A stretch of DNA of 49,803 bases from Caldilineaceae bacterium (GTDB lineage: Bacteria; Chloroflexota; Anaerolineae; Caldilineales; Caldilineaceae): contig JAPPKG010000390.1 in the NCBI GenBank assembly GCA_026914085.1, positions 1-49,803 of the forward strand, read 5' to 3'. Positions 47,424 to 49,803 of this stretch are shown here, piece after piece. The number at the start of each line of letters is the position of its first letter. The first letter of the stretch is position 1. Both the position numbers and the translations under genes were made by a program. The notes under the pieces were generated by a model. The model saw only the letters and a list, made by a program, of their open reading frames with translations, was not told the DNA's origin and searched no databases.

Positions 47424-47927
47424 TTACCGTGAAAGCCCGTCAACAATCCATGGAACGATGTAGCGCCAGGATAATAGGGTCAGCCCAATCGACACCCAAT
47501 TGGAGTACAAGTCGGCGTCCCTCCTTACCAGTATCAACGCTTTGTTCTTAGATATCTTCAGTGGTATTGAATACTCAGGAGTTTCATCGCGTTCAATGGA
47601 ACCATCCTCCTTGAGGTGTTGGTACCTCAGTACATGCCAGTAAATCTGTGCAACTATGGCGGCACAGCCAAGAACGACGACTCCCCATTCTCCCGTTGGC
47701 CTTATGCCGAACAGATTCAGTGAGTGCAGGTCGGCGCCAGCCAGCCCGGCAAGGAACAGAACTCCAGAAAGCACGATGATGTTGCGCCGGCAGCTTCTGG
47801 AACCTTGCGGCTCAACCAGTTTTTCCCGTGGGTCCTTTGCGCGGAGACGATCCTTGGGCACGTACACGCGTTCCAGGCCAATAAACAAGAATAGGAAGCG
47901 GCGAAAGTGCATGAACCGACTTATCAA
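47424..47927 (-). CDS. Small membrane protein (about 3 TM), downstream partner of the ATPase-TOPRIM gene
   Basis: 167 aa from a TTG at 47927 (ATG alternative at 47912), 18 nt after the upstream gene stop. Hydrophobic segments IIVLSGVLFLAGLAGA, VVVLGCAAIVAQIYW, WVSIGLTLLSWRYIVPWIV. Confidence 0.55.
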   Translation of the reverse strand: MISRFMHFRRFLFLFIGLERVYVPKDRLRAKDPREKLVEPQGSRSCRRNIIVLSGVLFLAGLAGADLHSLNLFGIRPTGEWGVVVLGCAAIVAQIYWHVLRYQHLKEDGSIERDETPEYSIPLKISKNKALILVRRDADLYSNWVSIGLTLLSWRYIVPWIVDGLSR

Positions 47928-47945
47928 TTGGCCCTGCTAGCCTGA

Positions 47946-49691
47946 CTACGTCTTAGCCTTCGCCCAGACTTGTTCGACGAACTCACGAGCTTTCTGCAGC
48001 TCATTATCGGCTTCCAAGTCGCGTTCTTCCAAAACCTTCTCGACGAATCCCGGGCCATGCGCGCCAATGCTTCGGCAGAAGCCCTCAAGCTCACCAACCG
48101 GCACTATCCAAAGCCTATGATCACTGCACTTCGCACACAGTTTGTCAAAATGCCTGATCGACTCCCCTGGCGAGAGCGCACTGCGCCCGCTACTCTTCAC
48201 GGCGCTCCAGGGTGAAGCGCTTTTCAAGATTCGTTTGATCGCCCGTTCCCGTTCTTTCGGGAATTCTCCTCTTCCTGCGACACCTTTAAGCTCCTTCGTA
48301 ATTTGTTTCGCAACCTGCTCGGCATCTAATGGGGGCCGTTGATTGACTACTTGATCGGCAACGGCGCTCCTGTGTGTTTTCACTTGTTCCCAATTTCCTC
48401 CCAACTTCTCGAATAGATTCCTAAAGAGGTCTTCGTCATTGAGAATATCCATATCAGCAATGACGGAAACCGGCACATCTAGCGAACGTAGCGCATCGGC
48501 GAGTTTCGCCATTCGATGTTTGCCAGATGCGTGAACGAACAGCACGTCTGGCCGGCGATCACCGGAAATTGACGGAAGGCTCAGTAAGGACTGATAGAAC
48601 ATACAGTCGGCATCACCTTCACAGATAACGACATGCTCGAAGAAAACGCCGTCGAAGACACGCGAGAAGCGAGCAAGAGTGTCCTTTGTTATGGATTCAG
48701 TCTTTTCCTTGCTCAATTCCTTAATGGGGTTCACATCCCCTTCTCGGCGTAGGCGGACGATACGAACCTTGTCAGAGCCGCCCTCGATCAACCCTTCCAG
48801 AACATCCGTGTTGTGTGTGGCTATGAAGAGTTGTGAGGTTCCCGTTTTGCTTTCTGCGATATAGCGGGCAAGGAGCCTCGCTTGAGGCGGATGTAGGAAT
48901 GCCTCAGGCTCATCAAGGAATTGGATCGAATGAGTACCGGCTGCCAAAACGTTGAGCGTGACCGCTGCAAAACTGCGCATTCCGTCGCCTTGTGCTTCAA
49001 GCGGAACATTCGTGTCTAGCAGAGCATCAACAAACTCCTTCGAGAGTTCATCCTTGCCAGTAGGAACAACAGGCTTTTCACCAACGTACAGCGGGAACCT
49101 ATTTCCACCGGCACGGAATGGAGTAAGGTCCTCACCAAACGCATGCTTGAATTTCTTGCTTATGTCCTTGGACAAAGTTTCGTCCATTAGCAGTAAGTGG
49201 ATCGGGTGGGACGGTATATCTTGGAAGAGCGCAATACCTGGCGCTGCATTCGAATCCGTTATTCGACTTTCCGTAGCCAGTTGCTTTGCGAAGAATGGAG
49301 CTACCGGATGCCGGTCGGTCAGATTGTCGAAGTAACTTAGATTCGTATGGTGGATGTTGTACCCGATCCCACCGTAGTGGAGGTTTGCACTGTCACCAGT
49401 TTTTTGCGCCTTGGCTTCTAGGTATGCTCGCAGATCATCCTTTGTCCCCTTCTTCGTCATCTCAGCACTTTTAACAACAAGTCCGGGCTGGGATCTCGCA
49501 ACCCATGCTTCCAATTCACGCAAAGCCGCGCTTTTTCCCGCGTTGTTTGGTCCTACGAATACAACTATGTCATCCTCATCCAGTGTTAGCGTGGTGCCAT
49601 CGGAGAACGTGACCGTAGAGAAGAAGAGCTTAGGACGCTGGAGTTCCGACTGCTCGTTCGGAGCTTCGCCCTCTTGGTTTTCGCTTGGCAT
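47946..49691 (-). CDS. ABC-type ATPase fused to a TOPRIM/DUF4435-like domain (OLD-family / fused PARIS AriAB-like)
   Basis: 581 aa. Walker A GPNNAGKS, signature-like QGDGMRS, Walker B IQFLDEPEAFLHP, H-loop IATHN. C-terminal VVICEGDADCMFY ... VSVIADMDIL matches a TOPRIM Glu plus DxD arrangement. Confidence 0.7.
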   Translation of the reverse strand: MPSENQEGEAPNEQSELQRPKLFFSTVTFSDGTTLTLDEDDIVVFVGPNNAGKSAALRELEAWVARSQPGLVVKSAEMTKKGTKDDLRAYLEAKAQKTGDSANLHYGGIGYNIHHTNLSYFDNLTDRHPVAPFFAKQLATESRITDSNAAPGIALFQDIPSHPIHLLLMDETLSKDISKKFKHAFGEDLTPFRAGGNRFPLYVGEKPVVPTGKDELSKEFVDALLDTNVPLEAQGDGMRSFAAVTLNVLAAGTHSIQFLDEPEAFLHPPQARLLARYIAESKTGTSQLFIATHNTDVLEGLIEGGSDKVRIVRLRREGDVNPIKELSKEKTESITKDTLARFSRVFDGVFFEHVVICEGDADCMFYQSLLSLPSISGDRRPDVLFVHASGKHRMAKLADALRSLDVPVSVIADMDILNDEDLFRNLFEKLGGNWEQVKTHRSAVADQVVNQRPPLDAEQVAKQITKELKGVAGRGEFPKERERAIKRILKSASPWSAVKSSGRSALSPGESIRHFDKLCAKCSDHRLWIVPVGELEGFCRSIGAHGPGFVEKVLEERDLEADNELQKAREFVEQVWAKAKT

Positions 49692-49746
49692 TGTTCCCCC
49701 TACGGGAGCCGATCAAGATTGGTTGACTGCAACTTAATTGGGTTAC

Positions 49747-49803
49747 TGGTGGGCCGTGAGGGAATCGAACCCGCAACCAATGGATTAAGAGTCCACTGCT
49801 CTA
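49747..49803 (-). tRNA. tRNA-Lys (anticodon CUU), 3' part only (truncated by window edge)
   Basis: The reverse complement reads ...TAGAGCA GTGGA CTCTTAA TCCAT TGGTT GCGGG TTCGATT CCCTC ACGGCCC A CCA. It has an anticodon stem-loop with CTT, a T-loop TTCGATT, an acceptor 3' strand and an encoded CCA. It closely parallels E. coli tRNA-Lys architecture. Confidence 0.8.

Larger units (their letters stand above)
25075..49746. other. tRNA-Lys-adjacent genomic (defence/TA) island; no integrase seen
   Basis: Abrupt change from GC-rich coding to an AT-rich tract at ~25,080-25,300. Patchwork composition follows, with dense defence/TA gene content and pseudogenes. The right end abuts the 3' end of a tRNA gene. 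Confidence 0.7.

Noticed and set aside
1-49803. Search for CRISPR arrays, rRNA genes, integrases, transposases, IS elements and reverse transcriptases (retrons).
   Set aside because: No regularly spaced direct repeats of 25-40 bp were seen. No ORF had tyrosine- or serine-recombinase, DDE or RT motifs. Nothing can be supported.
49747-49803. C50-U64 mismatch in the T-stem (GCGGG/CCCTC), which might indicate a pseudo-tRNA or a hybrid att-derived tRNA end.
   Set aside because: Single mismatches occur in functional tRNAs. The 5' half lies outside the window, so the fold cannot be evaluated.

Overview
The window has two parts. (1) Positions ~1-25,075 are high-GC chromosome of a Gram-negative, proteobacterial type. 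They carry a hydantoin/oxoprolinase-like utilisation locus: two CodB-like permeases, a hydantoin-racemase-family gene, a hyuA/hyuB pair plus an orphan hyuB, two TonB-dependent receptors, an MFS transporter and a large MalT/LuxR-type regulator. This is followed by pepQ, a Rieske oxygenase, a SAM methyltransferase, a TfoX-like gene, a second MFS transporter and a GDPD phosphodiesterase. (2) Positions ~25,075-49,746 are a visibly lower-GC, mosaic island of about 24.6 kb. It starts at an AT-rich tract and ends at the 3' end of a tRNA-Lys(CUU) gene that is cut by the window edge. I found no integrase, transposase, CRISPR array or rRNA. The island is packed with defence and toxin-antitoxin modules: AbiEi/AbiEii, a Fic protein, an orphan Xre-DUF2384-type antitoxin, HigB/HigA, a DUF4238 protein, a type II R-M pair (PD-ExK nuclease plus phage-type Dam methylase), Mrr, a translationally coupled three-gene cassette (unknown protein + double-HKD PLD nuclease + SNF2-like helicase), and an OLD/PARIS-like ATPase-TOPRIM protein with a small membrane partner. 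It also contains uncharacterised genes and signs of decay: frameshifts at homopolymer runs, an in-frame stop, and a duplicated small-membrane-protein cassette. The best candidates for uncharacterised biology are the PLD-helicase triad (40927-47331), the ATPase-TOPRIM + 3-TM pair (47424-49691) and the membrane-anchored orphan (38679-39914). All family calls come from reading motifs by eye, with no database search, so each needs HMM confirmation.
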